A stretch of 64,000 nucleotides of DNA from Octopus sinensis. Taxonomy: Eukaryota. The notes beneath the pieces are model-generated. The model worked only from the letters and a program-made list of their open reading frames with translations, was not told the origin of the DNA and made no database searches. The first letter of the stretch is position 1, and the number at the start of each line of letters is the position of its first letter. The stretch covers positions 57,722,001-57,786,000 of the forward strand of contig NC_043006.1 in NCBI RefSeq assembly GCF_006345805.1, in the 5' to 3' direction. Both the position numbers and the translations under genes were made by a program. Positions 37,121-51,523 of this stretch are shown in pieces.

Positions 37121-40100
37121 AAAAAAAATAAGACACAATAAAAGAAAGAATGGATTGTATCATATTAAATTTCCTAAATTATCCGCCTTCCTGAATATCT
37201 AAGTTAGAACTGGGTTTCTAACCTTGTTCAGACAACCTATACAGTCATTAATCTATTTGTTAAATGTTTTCAGTTCAGTTTTAAAGCTTCTCAATTTATA
37301 TAATTTATACTTTCATAAATCATCTGTATTTGTGTCGAGTAATGAATGTAAGATAGCTGACAGGCAGAAGCCACTGCAGGAAGCCTCTCTAAATTGGTTG
37401 GAACCAGATACTGCTGATGATTATTTATAAAGACCTGAAGTAATAAATTTTAAACTACCATCAGTTGATATTCAGATAAATAAATGCTAAATAATGCTAC
37501 AGAATTTTCTTTTCAAATGACGTATTTAATGTGTAGGTGGAAAATGCTTAAATTATGCTGTAATCACTCAGAGATAAGAACAAATTATGAAAACCTAAGG
37601 TTTCACGTATAAAACACAGATTGACATTTGTGTTAGGAGAGATTCAAGTGGTTTCTCTAGATGTTTCTTTCAATTATATCTCATCATTGAATATTCCCAT
37701 AATAATCATAACAGATTATTAGCCTACAACCTTGCAATATCTAAATATCTAAAAAATTGTTTGCCATGGGTCACTATTTATGAGTTACTATTAAAAACTG
37801 TGAAGCTGTGTGGCTTAGTGGTTAAGGTGTTTGACTCAAGGATGTGAGTTTGATTCCTGGACTGGGTAGCCTGTTGTGTCCTTGAGCAGGACACTTCATT
37901 TCATGTTGCTCAAATCTAATTATCTGTAATGAGTACTGCCTAAGTGTTGGTGCAACCCTCTCTCCCTCAACCTTTCCTATCCTGGATGTTTCACTGAGTC
38001 AAGGATGAGGGAGCCAAGAAGGTGTCTATGTCTGCTTGTGAGTGACAGCTGGCTGTACTTTGGAGAACATCACAAAATCTTTATTAACATAGACACAAGA
38101 TTTAAAATTTGGAGAATGAGTCATAGCCATTTAAATTGACCCCAGTACTTAATTAGTACTTTATTTTACTGACCCTGGTAGGATGGAAAACAAAGGTGAC
38201 CATAGCAATATTTGAACACAGAGTGTAAAGAGCAGTAACAAAATCTCACAGCTGTTTGTTGGATGCTCTAACATTTCTATCAATCCAATGCTGGCATACA
38301 CATTAGCATTACGAGTATTACACAACACCCTTCAGTATTTCACCCCACTCAAGTCTAAGGGTAAACCTAAAATGGTTTGATTTTGCATCTACCAACTGAA
38401 ATGGAATAGTTTAGAAACTTAAATTTTCAAATATTCCACTGAGTGAATATTTGGGGGCTAAGATAATACTGTGGTGAGGTAGAGGCCTGGTTTTAGAATG
38501 ATAAAGAGAAAAACTGAATGAAAGCCAGCCGTAAACATGCTAGCATTACAGAAACATGGCTCAACCATTGTTTAAGAGGCTGCTTACTACAAAAGTGTAT
38601 GCAAACAGTTTTCAATGACACAAAACTCAAGAGGAAACTTAAGGAGATACTTAATGGGTGAGATATTTAATATGAAATTACATAATGATAATTTGATTTA
38701 AAAATTTACCGGCACCAGTATAACTATGTAGTTAAGAAATTTGCTTTGAAACAACATAGTTTTGAGTTCAATTTCACTTTACTTCACCTTTGGCAAATAT
38801 AATAGGACCGATAGAATAAGTATTAGGCTCAAGAAATAAGTTCTGAGGTCAATTTGTTCAACTAAAATCCTTCAGCATGGCCACAGTCAAATGACAAACA
38901 AATTGAAGAATAAAAGACCATATGTATGCATGTATAAATATGTGCATGCAATATATGTGCCTCTGACCATGTTTATTGATGTAAATGAAAGAATAAATAC
39001 AAAAAAACAACCCAAAAAACAAATTGATGTTTGGGGCTTATGTTGCGTCCAGAAAATATGACTGTGCTTTGACACAATATATACTGAAGTGCAATAATGG
39101 AACCAATATGGTCAACTAAAACACTTGAAAGCAGTACTCCAGCCTGTGCTGTCCAGTGTCTGGAACCAGTAAAAGAAATGAAAATAAAAGATTATAAAAA
39201 ATGCAACAGAAAATTATTTTATGCTAAGATTCAGCATGCAAAATTATACTTAATTTGAAAATTTTCACTTAATTAGAAAATTTCAAAAAGTGAAGCCAAA
39301 GATCCGTGCAATGTAAGAAGCACTGGTGTTAGTGCCACATAAAAAGCATTGGTGCTAGTGATACATAAAGAAACACACAGTACACTCTGTAAAGTGGTTG
39401 GCATTAGGAAGGGCATCTAGCCATAGAAACCAAACCAAAGTAGACTATGGAACCTGGTGTGGCTCCTAACCTTTCCAGCTTCTGTCAAACTGTCCAACCT
39501 ATTCCAGCATGGGAAATGGACATTAAATGATGATAATAATGAAGTTACATAGATTGTGAGCTTTAGTAAAATCGAAATTTGAACACAAATTCTTGAATTA
39601 AAAGCATTACAACTGGATACACCTTCATAAAGATTTCTATGTAGGAGATGGGTGTAGTCAGGTGAATCACTCACAGAGGTTATTGAACTCAAGAACATAG
39701 AGAGATGAAGCTAAAGTAATGCAAGTCTGATGCCTTGCTATTTTTTACCATTGCACAATTGTTTAGGATGCAGATGGCATGACCATAATAGAGAAAGAGA
39801 GAGAGAGGTGGAAACACACATCACTACTACCACTCCCTGAAACTACACCAACACACCTCTTGCCAACCCTCACACCACACCTCGCTCTTCCCTCGCTATG
39901 ATAGGGTAATTTATCGGCATGGACATATCACTGAAGACTGTGTCTTTGGATTTGCATGTGACATGTTGCTAGGAAATAAATGCGGGTTAATTCCATCTTA
40001 ATCTTGCTTAAAGACACCTGGCATTCCTGGAGTTAATAATAGAGTCTTTGTTGAGACAGAAACACAAAGAGACTGCGAGTGAGAGACAGCAACAACTGCA

Positions 40101-40189
40101 GCCAATCCACCCTCCCACCTGTTGCTTCTTAGCAAATTGATTCCTTGGATTACAGCTAACAAACAGGGTTTTATGCTTATTAGTGCCAC

Positions 40190-40760
40190 AGGGAGTAGTG
40201 AGGGTGATGGCGGAGATGGTTTTGTTGGTGATGTTACAGACAGTGGTAGCAATGATAGTGGTGAAGACAGCAGTGGTTTTGGAGGTGATGGTGGCAGTGG
40301 TGAAGGTGGTGTTGGTGACAGTGGTAGTGCTGGTGACAGTGGTAGTGGTGATGGCAGTGTTTGCAGTGGTGATGTTAGAGGCAGTGACAGCAGTGGTTTT
40401 AGTGGTGGTGGTGATGGCAGTAGTTGTGGTGGTGGTGATGGCAATGGTGACAGCTGTAGTGGTTGTGGTGGTAGTGGTAGGAGTAGCTGTATTAAATAAT
40501 GACATCAGCAACGGTGATATTGGAGGAGATAGTAGTAGTGGTGGTAGTGATTGTTGTAGTGGTGGTAGTGATAGTAGTAGTGGTGGTGGTGGTGGTGGTG
40601 GTCATGGCAGCCAGTGGTGGTCGTGTCAGTGATGGTAGAAGTGGTTAGTGGTGATGCTGCTGTAGGTGACAGATGTGATAGTGGTGATGGTACTGATACT
40701 ACGGTGATGCAACTACTGATGGTTGTGAGCATGGTGGTGGTGGTGAAGATGGAAGTGGTG
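40190..40760. repeat. Degenerate (GGT/AGT/GAT)n tract
   Basis: Seen directly; explains the G/S/V/T/P-rich ORFs. Confidence 0.9.
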
Positions 40761-42119
40761 CACACAAGTTTCAATGACACTGAATAATAGCTCAAGAGGA
40801 AACTTTAAACAGACACTTAATGGATGTGATATTTACTATGAAATAACATAATGAAAAGGCGGTGAGCTGGCAATATTGTTAGTATTCTGGGCAAAACGCC
40901 AAGCGGCATTTCATCTGTCTTTACATTCTAAGTTCAAATTCTACCAAGGTCCACTTTACTTTCCATCTATTCTGGTTATATCATTTTTAGTAATCTTATT
41001 TTATCTTTATACAACATAACAATATTGTTTATATGCAATCATATATTGTACCCCATGATAATTTCCTCTGTGTTAACATCAAAGGTTTTATTAGTGTCTT
41101 GTCCCTTTAACTGGTAATTAACATCTTGATTTAGGGTCTCTCCCTACACAACCTTCTTTATAGACAATTACTTATACAAATCCTAAAATCCTGATAATAT
41201 TTATGACCATACCCAACTATAAACTGTCAACTCACTCCTGCTCCCCATTCTAAACAGACACTGTCCTCTAGCCTTAGATTTGGTAGTTGATAAAAAAAGA
41301 CTAATAAATTTGAAATGAACTACAATCCTTTACAATATATGACCTTAAACTTCATACAGTTCTTAGAAGTGTAGTATATTCTTACCCACATTAGTAGCAA
41401 CAGGGACTCTTTTCCTCTTCTTGCTCTTTTAGAGAATTTGAGTAAAATTATGTGTCCAACTGATTAAAAATCCTATTTATTTATGCAGCTGAGGATAGCC
41501 CTGCATTTAAATTGATGTAATGATTGCATTGTTCAATTAAATGGAGCCGCTTGAAACAGTCATACTGCATCACGTCTTGATATCCTGTTGCTTATTAGGA
41601 TTATCTATCTATCTATCTATCTATCTATATATATATATATATATAGCAAGCTTCTTTCAGTTTCTGTCTACCAAATCCACTTATAAGACTTTTGTTGGCC
41701 CAGAGCTATAGCAAAACAGCACTTGCCAAAGGTGTCACACAGCCAGACTAAACCTGGAGCCATGTGGTTAGAAAACAAACTTTTCACCACAAAACCACAC
41801 CAACACACACCTGCTATATATAAGTGCTGGTATGCTGAACGATTAGGAAGCTTGCTTCCAAACCAAGTGGTCTTGAGTTCAATTCCACTGTAAGGCATCT
41901 TGTGCAAGTCTCTTCTTGTATAGCCTTGGACCAACCAAAGCCTTGATCTTTCATATATTCATTCGCCATTAACACCTTAAATGTATTGTTTACTGTTTAA
42001 ATGTACTGTTTATTACAGCTAATTTTTCTCAGAAGCTAACTGATTAAATTAGGATAATAATTTCTAATTCCTCATTTCTCTAGTTTAATTTCTCATCCGC
42101 CATGAAGATTATGAATGTA

Positions 42120-45100
42120 TTCTATGCTAAACACTCCTGCTTCTTTCGTTCATTCCTCGTACCATCTTCCCAAATTAAACTCGCTTGTTCGCAGTGCGCC
42201 CACCCTGTCCCACCCCACCCCCAATACTGGATATCTCAATCTTTATCTTCTCACCATCTACACCGGATCTCTCTCTCTCTCCTTCCACCACTGTTGCCTG
42301 ATGTCTCTTCTCTCCACTGCTCCTCCTCACTGGGCTGTTCTCTATATATTACCTGCACTCACCTTCTCTCTCTCTCTCTCTCTCTTTCTCTCCTGGGACG
42401 TATGCAACTAACTCAGCTGCCCAGCTATCTTTCGTTTTGTTCTGTCTTGCGCTCTCTCACCACCATTACCAAATGTCCCTTCTCTCAATCCCCCTTTCTC
42501 ACTGGTGTAGTTCTCTATACTACCTGCACCCCCACTCTCTCTCCGAAAAACGCAACTAAGTCAGCTGTCCACCTACGTAACTGACTATCCTTCATTTCAT
42601 TTCATCCCGTCTAGAAATATTCCAACAACTTCCCAATAATTGTGAAGGAAACAGCTATTGGGCTGTATGTGTGCACTTGTTCCCCTGTGTCCGTGTGTGT
42701 GTGTGTGTGTGTGTGTGTGCTTGTGTCTATATATGGATGAACTTGCTTCCTCTCTCTCTCTCTGAAATCACCACCACCTCTTATGATGACCATAATGGCA
42801 TATACTCACAACACCACTAACACCTAACCCTGTAGGGGCTACAGTCTTACTCCTAATACACTTGAATGTTTGAATGATGTCAGGTCGGAAGTGAGAACAG
42901 ATGAAGCATGCCTAAAAAATGAACATGACAACCTCCCTCTTCTTTTCAGGCACTGAATAACATCTCTCCTCCCCAAGCCTCAGCCCACATTCCTTCCCCA
43001 GTTTTCAGAGTTGGCACAGTCAATGTAGGCACACTGAAAGGTAGGTCTAGTCAGATTGTAGAGATGCTTGAAAGGAGATGTGTCGATGTATGCTGCATAC
43101 AAAAGGTAAGATGAAGAGGAGCTTCAGCTAGGATCCTCACAGGCAAAGCACATAGGTATAATATCTTCTGGTAAGGTAACATGGATGGAGTGGGGGGTGT
43201 AGGCAAAGCCATTAGAGCAAAGAAACAGGCTTGGAAAGCCTGGAATGGTGGGGTAGCAAGGGAACTGTACTAGGTAGCCAAAAGAGAGGCTGAGCAGCAG
43301 GTATACATAACCAAGGGCGAAGCAGGAAAGAAGAAGTTTGCCAATGTCCAGCGATGTGAGAACCAAACAACTGAAGTATTTCAGATTGCAAGACAGTGTG
43401 TGAGAGAAAATTATGATGTCACAGGAGAGAAATGTGTCTGCATGGATGATGGTACACTTGCTTTTAATGATTCTGAAAAGAAAGAGGCTTGGAGAAGCCA
43501 TTATGAAACACTGCTGAACGTGGAGAATGAATGGGAGGAGGAGAGCCTACTAGATGTTGACCCGATAGAGGGTCCAGCTATCTGAATAGACAGCTCCCTG
43601 GTACATAAAGCAATTAAGGATATGAAGCCAGGAAAAACCCTCGGCCTGTCAGGAATCACTGCTGAGATGCTTAAAATATCTGGTGGTGTGGGCTATGGCC
43701 TAGTCACCCACATTGTAAACCAGGTAGTTCATAAAGGAAACCCAATGACTGGAGTAGCAGCACCATAGTCAACTGCTACAAGGGTAAAGGTGATGTTCTT
43801 TAGATAGAAATAACTACAGGGGTATCAAACAGCTGGATCAGGTGATGAAGGTCATGGAGAGGGTCATAGCCCATCTCATTAGGGAGAGAATCTGCTTAGA
43901 TGAGATGAAGTTTGATTTTGTGCCAGGTAGAAGCACCACTGATGCTATATTCCTGGTTTAACAACTGAAGGAGAAATACCTTGTTAAAGTTAAGCCCCTT
44001 TGGAGAAAGCTTTTGACAGGGTCCCTCAATCCCTTATCTGGTGGGTGATGCAGAAACTGGGGATAGACGAATGGTTAATAAAGGCTGTATAGGCCCTATA
44101 TAGACAGGCCGTTAGTAAGGTTAGGATCAGCAATGAGGATAGTGAAGAATTCCAAGTAGAAGTAGGGGTCCACCAAGGATCAGCCCTCAGTCCCCTTTTA
44201 TTCATCATAGTCCTCCAGGTAATAACAGAGGAATTCAAGACGGGTTGCCCCTTGGAGCTCCTCTATGCTGATGACCTGGCCCTTATACCAGAATCACTAC
44301 CAGAACTAGAGAAGAAATTTCGGGTGTGGAAGCAAGGTTTAGAATCAAAAGGCCTTAGAGTCAATGTAGCAAAGACCAAAGTTCTAGTAAGTAGGAAGGC
44401 GAACTCGTCACACACCTCCTCAGGTAGGTGGCCCTGCTCGATCTGTAGAAAAGGTGTAGGTAGAAACATAAGAAGTACCCAGTGTAAGCTATGGACACAT
44501 AAGAAGTGCAGCAACATCAAAGGAAGATTTACTGGGAAGATAACTTTCATGTGCAGCTGATGCACAGGGGCAATAAACACCACAGATGCTCAGAAAACAA
44601 ATTCTATCACACTCCAGGAAGAGAAACTAGAAGTAGTTGATAGCTTCTGCTACCTAGGTGACCAAATTAGTAGTGGGGGTGGATGCTCTGATAGTGTTAC
44701 CACTAGAATAAGAATGGCCTGGGCAAAGTTTAGAAAGCTTCTACCCCTGCTGGTGACAAAGGGCCTCTCACACAGAGTGAAAAGTAGATTGTACGATGCA
44801 TGTGTGCGAACTGCCATGCTTCATGGCAGTGAAACATGGGCCATGACTGTGGAGGACATGCGTAGGCTTGAAAAAAATAAAGCCAGCATGATCTGCTGGA
44901 TGTGTAATGTCAGTGTGCACACACGACAGAGTGTAAGCACCCTGAGAGAAATGTTGGACATAAGAAGCATCGGATGTGGCATGCAAGAGATCGTTTGCAC
45001 TGGTATGGTCATGTACTATGGCTGGATGAGGAAAGTTGTGTGAAGAAGTTCCACCCCAAAACATTTAAAGGAATCCGGGGTAGAGGTAGACCCAGGAAGA

Positions 45101-45878
45101 CATGGGATGAGATGATGAAGCATGACCTTCAAATGTTGGGCCTCATAGAGGCAACGACGAAAGACCGAGACTTCTGGAGATATGCTATGACTGAGAAGAC
45201 CCGGCAAATAAAGTGAGTTTGCAGCTGTATCTTACACCAGTTTCACATAACCAGCCCCAGCCCATTCAAAAGGACCTTGGATCGTGGGCAATCTGCTGTG
45301 CTTGAGGAGACCTATTCAGTCAAGTACATCAACATCAAAATGAAAATCAAATGGAAATTGTAGTTGTGATACCCATGCCGGTGGCACCTAAAAAGTACCA
45401 GTTTTGCATAGCCCCAGCCCATCCAAAGCACCTTGGATTGCAGAACGACCTGCTGTGCTTACCTTGGCTCATAGGGTGACCTGCTGTGCTTGAGGAGACC
45501 TATTGAGTCAAGTACATCAACATCAAAATAAATATCAAATGGAAATTGTAGTTGTGATACCTGTGCTGGCAGCACGTAAAAAGCACCATCCAAACGTGGC
45601 TGATGCCAGCGCCACCTTGACTGGCTTCTGAGCCGGTGGCACGTAAAAAGCACCAATCGATCATGGGCGCTGCCAGCCTCCTCTGGCCCTTGTGCTGGTG
45701 GCATGTAAAAAGCACCCACTACACTCACGGAGTGGTTGGCATTAGGAAGGGCATCCAGCTGTAGAAACACTGCCAGATCAGACTAGAGCCTAGTGCAATC
45801 TCCTGGCTTCCCAGACCCCAGTTGAACCGTCCAACCCATGCTAGCATGGAAAACAGATGTTAAACGATGATGATGATG
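42120..45878 (+). mobile_element. RTE-clade LINE, near full length but decayed (leader, truncated APE endonuclease, RT, PHD-like finger, repeat-rich 3' UTR, (GAT)n tail)
   Basis: From about 43007: RVGTVNVGTLKGRS..IVEMLERRCVDVCCIQ (APE N-terminus, rest deleted). RT motifs GVHQGSALSPLLF and LLYADD at 44.16-44.28 kb; GRGRPRKTW near 45.08 kb. Stops and frameshifts present; the 5' boundary is uncertain. Confidence 0.9.
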
Positions 45879-46494
45879 GGGATATGTATTTGTGTGTGTG
45901 TGTGTGTACGCAAGTGTGCACATGTTATGTGTGTGTGAGTGTGTGTGTATGCTTCCTTGTCTTGACATCACATGATAGTTGTAAATGAATGTCCATGTTT
46001 TTTTTCTCAGTGCCGATAAGAGCAAGTATGTTGTTAACACTTCATACACACTTCTCAACAAGTTCACAAATTGTTCACAGGTATGTGGTCCAGAGGGGTA
46101 ATCTATATTACATTAATTGTACTTGAAAAAAAAAAAAAAATCATGTGGTAGTATTTCAACTCAGAAGGTAAAAGGATATAATTAAATTTAGTCCAGCACT
46201 GTACCAGTTCTGCTCTTTACTGCTCTATCAAAGACAGAAAGCTAGAGATTGCCACAAATACTTTCAAGTTAGATGGTATTCATGCAAAGGCTTTTTTTTT
46301 GTATAGTACTGGAGAAAGTAGCTTCCACTTCATTAAAATTTTAAAATGCCATTATAATTTTAAAATATCATTACATTGAAGGAATTAAAAAATTTCTTTT
46401 CATCGATTACGCAAAAGTCATTGCGAAGAGCTCAAGTTGAAAGACATCAAAATAACAGGAAGGTTTATTTTGAAAACATACAGTACAGTGCCAA

Positions 46495-47580
46495 GGGAGA
46501 GTCATTATACCAATACTATTAACACATGCACTGGTTCAGTTCCATTCCTTTATTATTAATCAACTGGTTAAATATCAAACTAATTAATCGATTTACTTCA
46601 TTTTTGTATTATGTTTGCAAGATTCTGTAGGTGAAGTTGTGCGCTGAAGCATATTTGTTGTGTCTGGGTAGAGTCATTCTGTATTAATGCCTTATTAATT
46701 AACACACTCATCACCATACAAGTGTGATCATTGACAGAGAGGCTATTTGAGTATGATCGTTACCAGCGTCGCCTTACTGGCACTTATGCCTGTGCTAGTA
46801 GGGAGCCAAGAACACCATCCGAGCGTGATCGTTGGCAGAGCAGCCAACTGGCTTCCATACCCATGGCACGTAAAAAGGGCACCATTCGATCGTGATCGTT
46901 ACCAACGTCGCTTCACTGGCACCTGTATCGGTGGCACGTGTAAAAGATTCGAGCGAGGTCATTGCCAGTACCACCTGACTGGCCCCCGTGCAGGTGGCAC
47001 GTAAAAAGCACCCACTACACTCTCGGAGTGGTTGGCATTAGGAAGGGCATCCAGCTGTAGAAACTCTGCCAGATCAAGAATGGAGCCTGGTGCAGCCGTC
47101 TGGTTGCCAGCCCTCAGTCAAAACCGTCCAACCCATGCTATCATGGAAAACGGAGATTAAACGATGATGATGATGATGATCAGTTCAATTTCCACTCATT
47201 TACTTATTTATATTTTCTAAAATTTTTCATTGCTTCTTGCAACCTCTTCAATAGTTGTTGACAGCCACTTGTTTACTTATTTACTTTTAGAAAAAGAAAA
47301 AAAATGAGTGGAAATCGAACCAGTGGGTGTGTTAATTAATAAGGTATTAAAACAGAATGACTCTCCCCAGACACAACAAAATAACTAATCAACTGTTTGT
47401 TTAATTTGCTTAAACAGTAAGTCATTTGTTTTGCTTTTGTTTGTCAAAGCTCTTTCATTGCTACTAGCAACCTTTTCAATGACTTAATTATTGGATATTC
47501 CACCAGTTGACTAATAATAAAGGAGTGGAATTGAACCAGTGTGTGTGCTAATAATATTGGCATAATGACCCTCACTAGAC
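46495..47580. mobile_element. Nested MITE inside a related MITE, interrupted by an RTE 3' UTR fragment (46711-47180)
   Basis: Outer inverted arms at about 46495-46592 / 47478-47580; inner arms at 46654-46710 plus 47181-47201 / 47302-47381. Confidence 0.75.
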
Positions 47581-49013
47581 AACAAAATTTGTTTCAACGC
47601 ACAAATTCACATAAAGAATCTTACAAACCAGATACAAAAATGAAATACAGTACAATGGTTATAGCAACAATTATCATCAAAGAAGCACAGGTTCAAGTCA
47701 CACTGGGTACTCTTTACAATCTGAGTTCAAATTCTGCTGAGGTCAACTTTGCCTTTCACCTTTTTGGGGTCAATAAATTAAGTACCTGTTGAGCACTGGG
47801 GTTGATGTAATTGACTGTCACCCTCCCCACAAAGTTTCAGGCTTTCTGCCTATAATAGAAAGGGTTTACATTCTCTTTCACCAACAATTCGAGGTTTAAT
47901 GTGTTAGCTATCAATGGATTTATCTGAAAGAAACAGACAGAGGGTAGAAGGAAGAAAAGCTCTACATCATTGCTTGATCTGCTAGAAATAACTACCAAGT
48001 GTCCCTCATATGATACTCTTTGAAAAAACAAAAGGAACATTATAATGAAGTCCAAAATACACTATATCTCAAAAAACAGATGAGATGGTCATGGGAAGAA
48101 TACTTTTGATCATAGATCAGCTAGATCAAGGATGAACTGGTTAGTGAGAGAAAGAGGAGAGAGAGAGAGATAGAGAAAGGAAGAAACAGCACAATCACAA
48201 CAACAACAAATTCTGTATTTAATTCCTTATAATCCATTCTCAAAGTATCTTTTAGTTAATCACGCTCAATCTTTTCCCTCTAGTACCTCATTTCTTTCCT
48301 TCTCTCTCTCTCTTTCACTGCCTCCCCCACGGCTTTTACTTTCTAAACTTCCATTTTTTACTAATTCCACCTGACATTCTCTCTTCCTGTTTTTTTGTTT
48401 CTCTCAGACTTCCCTTTTCGTCATGTATCTATTTGTTACTCTCACTACCCTACTGACTCTCTCTCTCTCTCCCTCTCTGCTATCCTCCTCCTTTAACTTT
48501 CAACTAATCGATTTCTTGCCTGTCTTTTTGGTTTATGTCTCACCATTTCAATTCCTCTCTCTTTATTTTCACTAAAGAACTTTCCTCTTCTATTTCCTCC
48601 TCTCTTGTTCTCTTACCATGTTCTACTCCATACTTTTGTGCTTCAGGCTAGAGGTATTTCAGTAAACCATTTATTTCTATATTTCTGTTTAAATAATTCT
48701 TTAAACAGCTAATAAGCTAATCTCTTCCTAATCTCAAGGACATAGAGGGATCAGTGCTTACCTTCAGGAGATTGTTGGCATCATTGTTTAGCACCAAGTC
48801 AGTCCTGATTGAGCCAATCTATGATCAAAAGTATACCAACTATGGCCATCCAATTTTTATTCTAAGACTACATTACCTTGTATGTACTTCCCATTTTCAG
48901 ATATTGGAATGATATTTGAGGGAGATTTGGTTACTGTTACTAGCAAGTTGAGTGATCATGACTGTACTGCAAAGTTGCTGAGAGATAAATCTTACCATAA
49001 CTTGGATAGAACC

Positions 49014-49243
49014 TATTTCTTTACTACCCACAAGGGGCTAAACACAGAGAGGACAAACAAGGATAAACGGATTAAGTCGATTACATCGACCCCAATGTGT
49101 AACTGGTACTTAATTTATCAACCCCGAAAGGATGAAAGGCAAAGTTGAACTCGGTGGAATTTGAACTCAGAACATAATGGCAGATGAAATACGGCTACGC
49201 ATTTCACCCAGCGTGCTAATGTTTCTGCCAGCTCGCCGCCTTC
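49014..49243 (-). mobile_element. SINE family B, full length with 16-bp TSD
   Basis: taacttggatagaacc at 48998-49013 and 49244-49259. Confidence 0.9.
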
Positions 49244-50045
49244 TAACTTGGATAGAACCATTTGGTCTATCATATTTACATTTTTCTTTCTTTCCCCAAG
49301 AGAAGTATTAAACTTATCTTCATAATCTACGATCTCCTTTACTGCACAACATTGCTACTAGTTACCATGCTGAATTATATTATCAGTAGTACCTATTTAT
49401 ATCACAATTGACTCAGTTACTAAGAGCTAATGGTCTTGATCATCAACATTATGTTGTGGTCGGAGGCAGTATTTGATCCTCTAATCCCTATATACACAGA
49501 AGTTTAAGATTTACTGCAGGTAGAGGAACTCTGTGATGTTCATCAAATACCTTTTGTAAAGTATTCTCATTAGCAATAATATATTGGTTTCAAATTTTGG
49601 TACATGGCCAAGAATTTTAGGGATGGGGTTAAGTAGATTAAATTGACCCCAGTGTTCAACCAGTACTTATTGATGCTAAAAGGATGAAAAACAAAGTCAA
49701 CCTTGGTGGCACTTGAACCCTTTGAAGATAAAGCCAGCGAAGATGCCAGTAAGCATTTTGTCCAATGTGCTAACAATTCTGCCTATTTGTCACCTTCACT
49801 AGCAGTAATATAATAATATTGATTTTTAATAAAGGCACAAGGCTACACATTTTGAGGAGGAGGGAGGGAGAGAGAGAGAGAGAGAGTCAAATCAGCCTCA
49901 GTACTTGACTGTTTATCATTTTATCAGCATTGGAGGTAGGAAAGTGAAAGTTAATCTCACAAGAATAGTATTTTTTATTTATGTCATGCATTTATGAACA
50001 AAGTTTCACTGGTTATAGGTTTTCAATGTTCCAATCACCGACTAT

Positions 50046-50437
50046 ACTCTCTTTTACTTGTTTCAGTCATTTGACTGCGGCCATGCTAGAGCACCAACTT
50101 TAGTCAATCAAATCGACCCCGGGACTTATTCTTTGTAAGCCTAGTACTTATTCTATCGGTGCCTTTTGCTGAACTGCTAAGTTACGGGGATGTAAACACA
50201 CCAGCATCAGTTGTCAACTGATGTTGGGGGGACAAACACAGACACACAAACATATACACACACATACATATATACGACAAGCTTCTTTCAGTTTCTGTCT
50301 ACCAAATCCACTCACAAGACTTTGGTCAACCCAAGGCTATAGTAGAAAACACATGCCCAAGATGCCACACAGTGGGACTGAACCTGGAACCATGTGGTTG
50401 GTAAGCAATCTACTTACCACGCAGCCACTCCTGCACC
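50046..50437 (-). mobile_element. SINE family A, full length
   Basis: Reverse complement of family A. Confidence 0.9.
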
Positions 50438-50803
50438 TATGTGTATTTTCTGATGACAAGGGTGACAAGAGGGGTTTTGTATAGCCAACCTCTCAAAGCC
50501 AGTACTGCTTCATGCAAGATGGTTCATGTAACCAAATTTATTCTAAATTTTGAGAGTCAAGTATAGAGAGCACTCAATTACCAAGAATTTGGGGCTAGGT
50601 ATTGGCTATTGAATAGGCAGTAGTGTACTGTGCCTCATATTTTTGAGAAAAGGGTAGGATATAATCAATTATGTTGAAACCAGTAAAATACTAGTACTAA
50701 TAAAACTACTGCATCTGCCACGATTTTCTTTATTATTATTATTATAATTATTATTATTATTATATGGAATGATGCCACTGTCCTCAGCAATATTCCATAA
50801 AAC

Positions 50804-50837
<34 letters not shown>

Positions 50838-50839
<2 letters not shown>

Positions 50840-51046
50840 CTTTTCTACTCTAGACACAAGGCCTGAAATTTTTTGGGGAAGGGGCCAGTCGATTAGATTG
50901 ACCCCAGTACGCAACTGGTATTTAATTTATCGACCCTGAGAGGATGAAAGGCAAAGTCGGCCTCGGTGGAATTTGAACTCAGAACGTAAAGACAAATGAA
51001 ATACTGCTATGCATTTCATCCGGCGTGTTAACGTTTCTGCTAGCTC
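50838..51046 (-). mobile_element. SINE family B between (AAT)n tracts
   Basis: Matches the array units. Confidence 0.8.
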
Positions 51047-51063
51047 AATAATAATAACAATAA

Positions 51064-51457
51064 TGCAAAAAGTGGGGGCTAGGGAGAGGCAAGATGTGGT
51101 ATGCGTACAAACCACAGAGAGTGGTGGAGCTGGAGACTAGCAAAACAAGGAAGGTAAAAACCCTCTTAAGTACGAAATAGCCTGGCTATGGAAAATGAAG
51201 AATGTGAAGATAGTGCCAATTATTGTTAGGTCCTTGGGAACAGTATCCGAAGGCATCAAGAGGAATATAAAGGGAATAGGAATAGAGTGCCCAGTAGAAC
51301 TGTTACAAAAGGTCTGCTGCCTTGGCACAACCAGAATAATCAGGAAAGTATTAGATAGCTGAAAACAATGGATAGCATGGTACTGAAGGCTGTAAGTAGC
51401 AAGCCCGCTATGCATGCAAGACTCTAGGAGCTCCAACAAGAACTGTGATAGAGAGAA
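51064..51457 (+). mobile_element. R4/Dong-like non-LTR retrotransposon 3' fragment in (AAT)n
   Basis: CKKWGL...WYAYKPQRVVE, then after a deletion LKYEIAWLWKMKNVKIVPIIV..LGTV...LLQKVCCLGTTRIIRKVLDS*. (AAT)n on both sides. Confidence 0.75.
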
Positions 51458-51484
51458 ATAATAACAATAATAATAATAATAATA

Positions 51485-51523
<39 letters not shown>

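Noticed and set aside
42100-42620. HDV-like ribozyme at the RTE 5' end
   Set aside because: Known from some RTE elements, but I could not identify the nested double-pseudoknot pairings here or at 23.6-23.9 kb.
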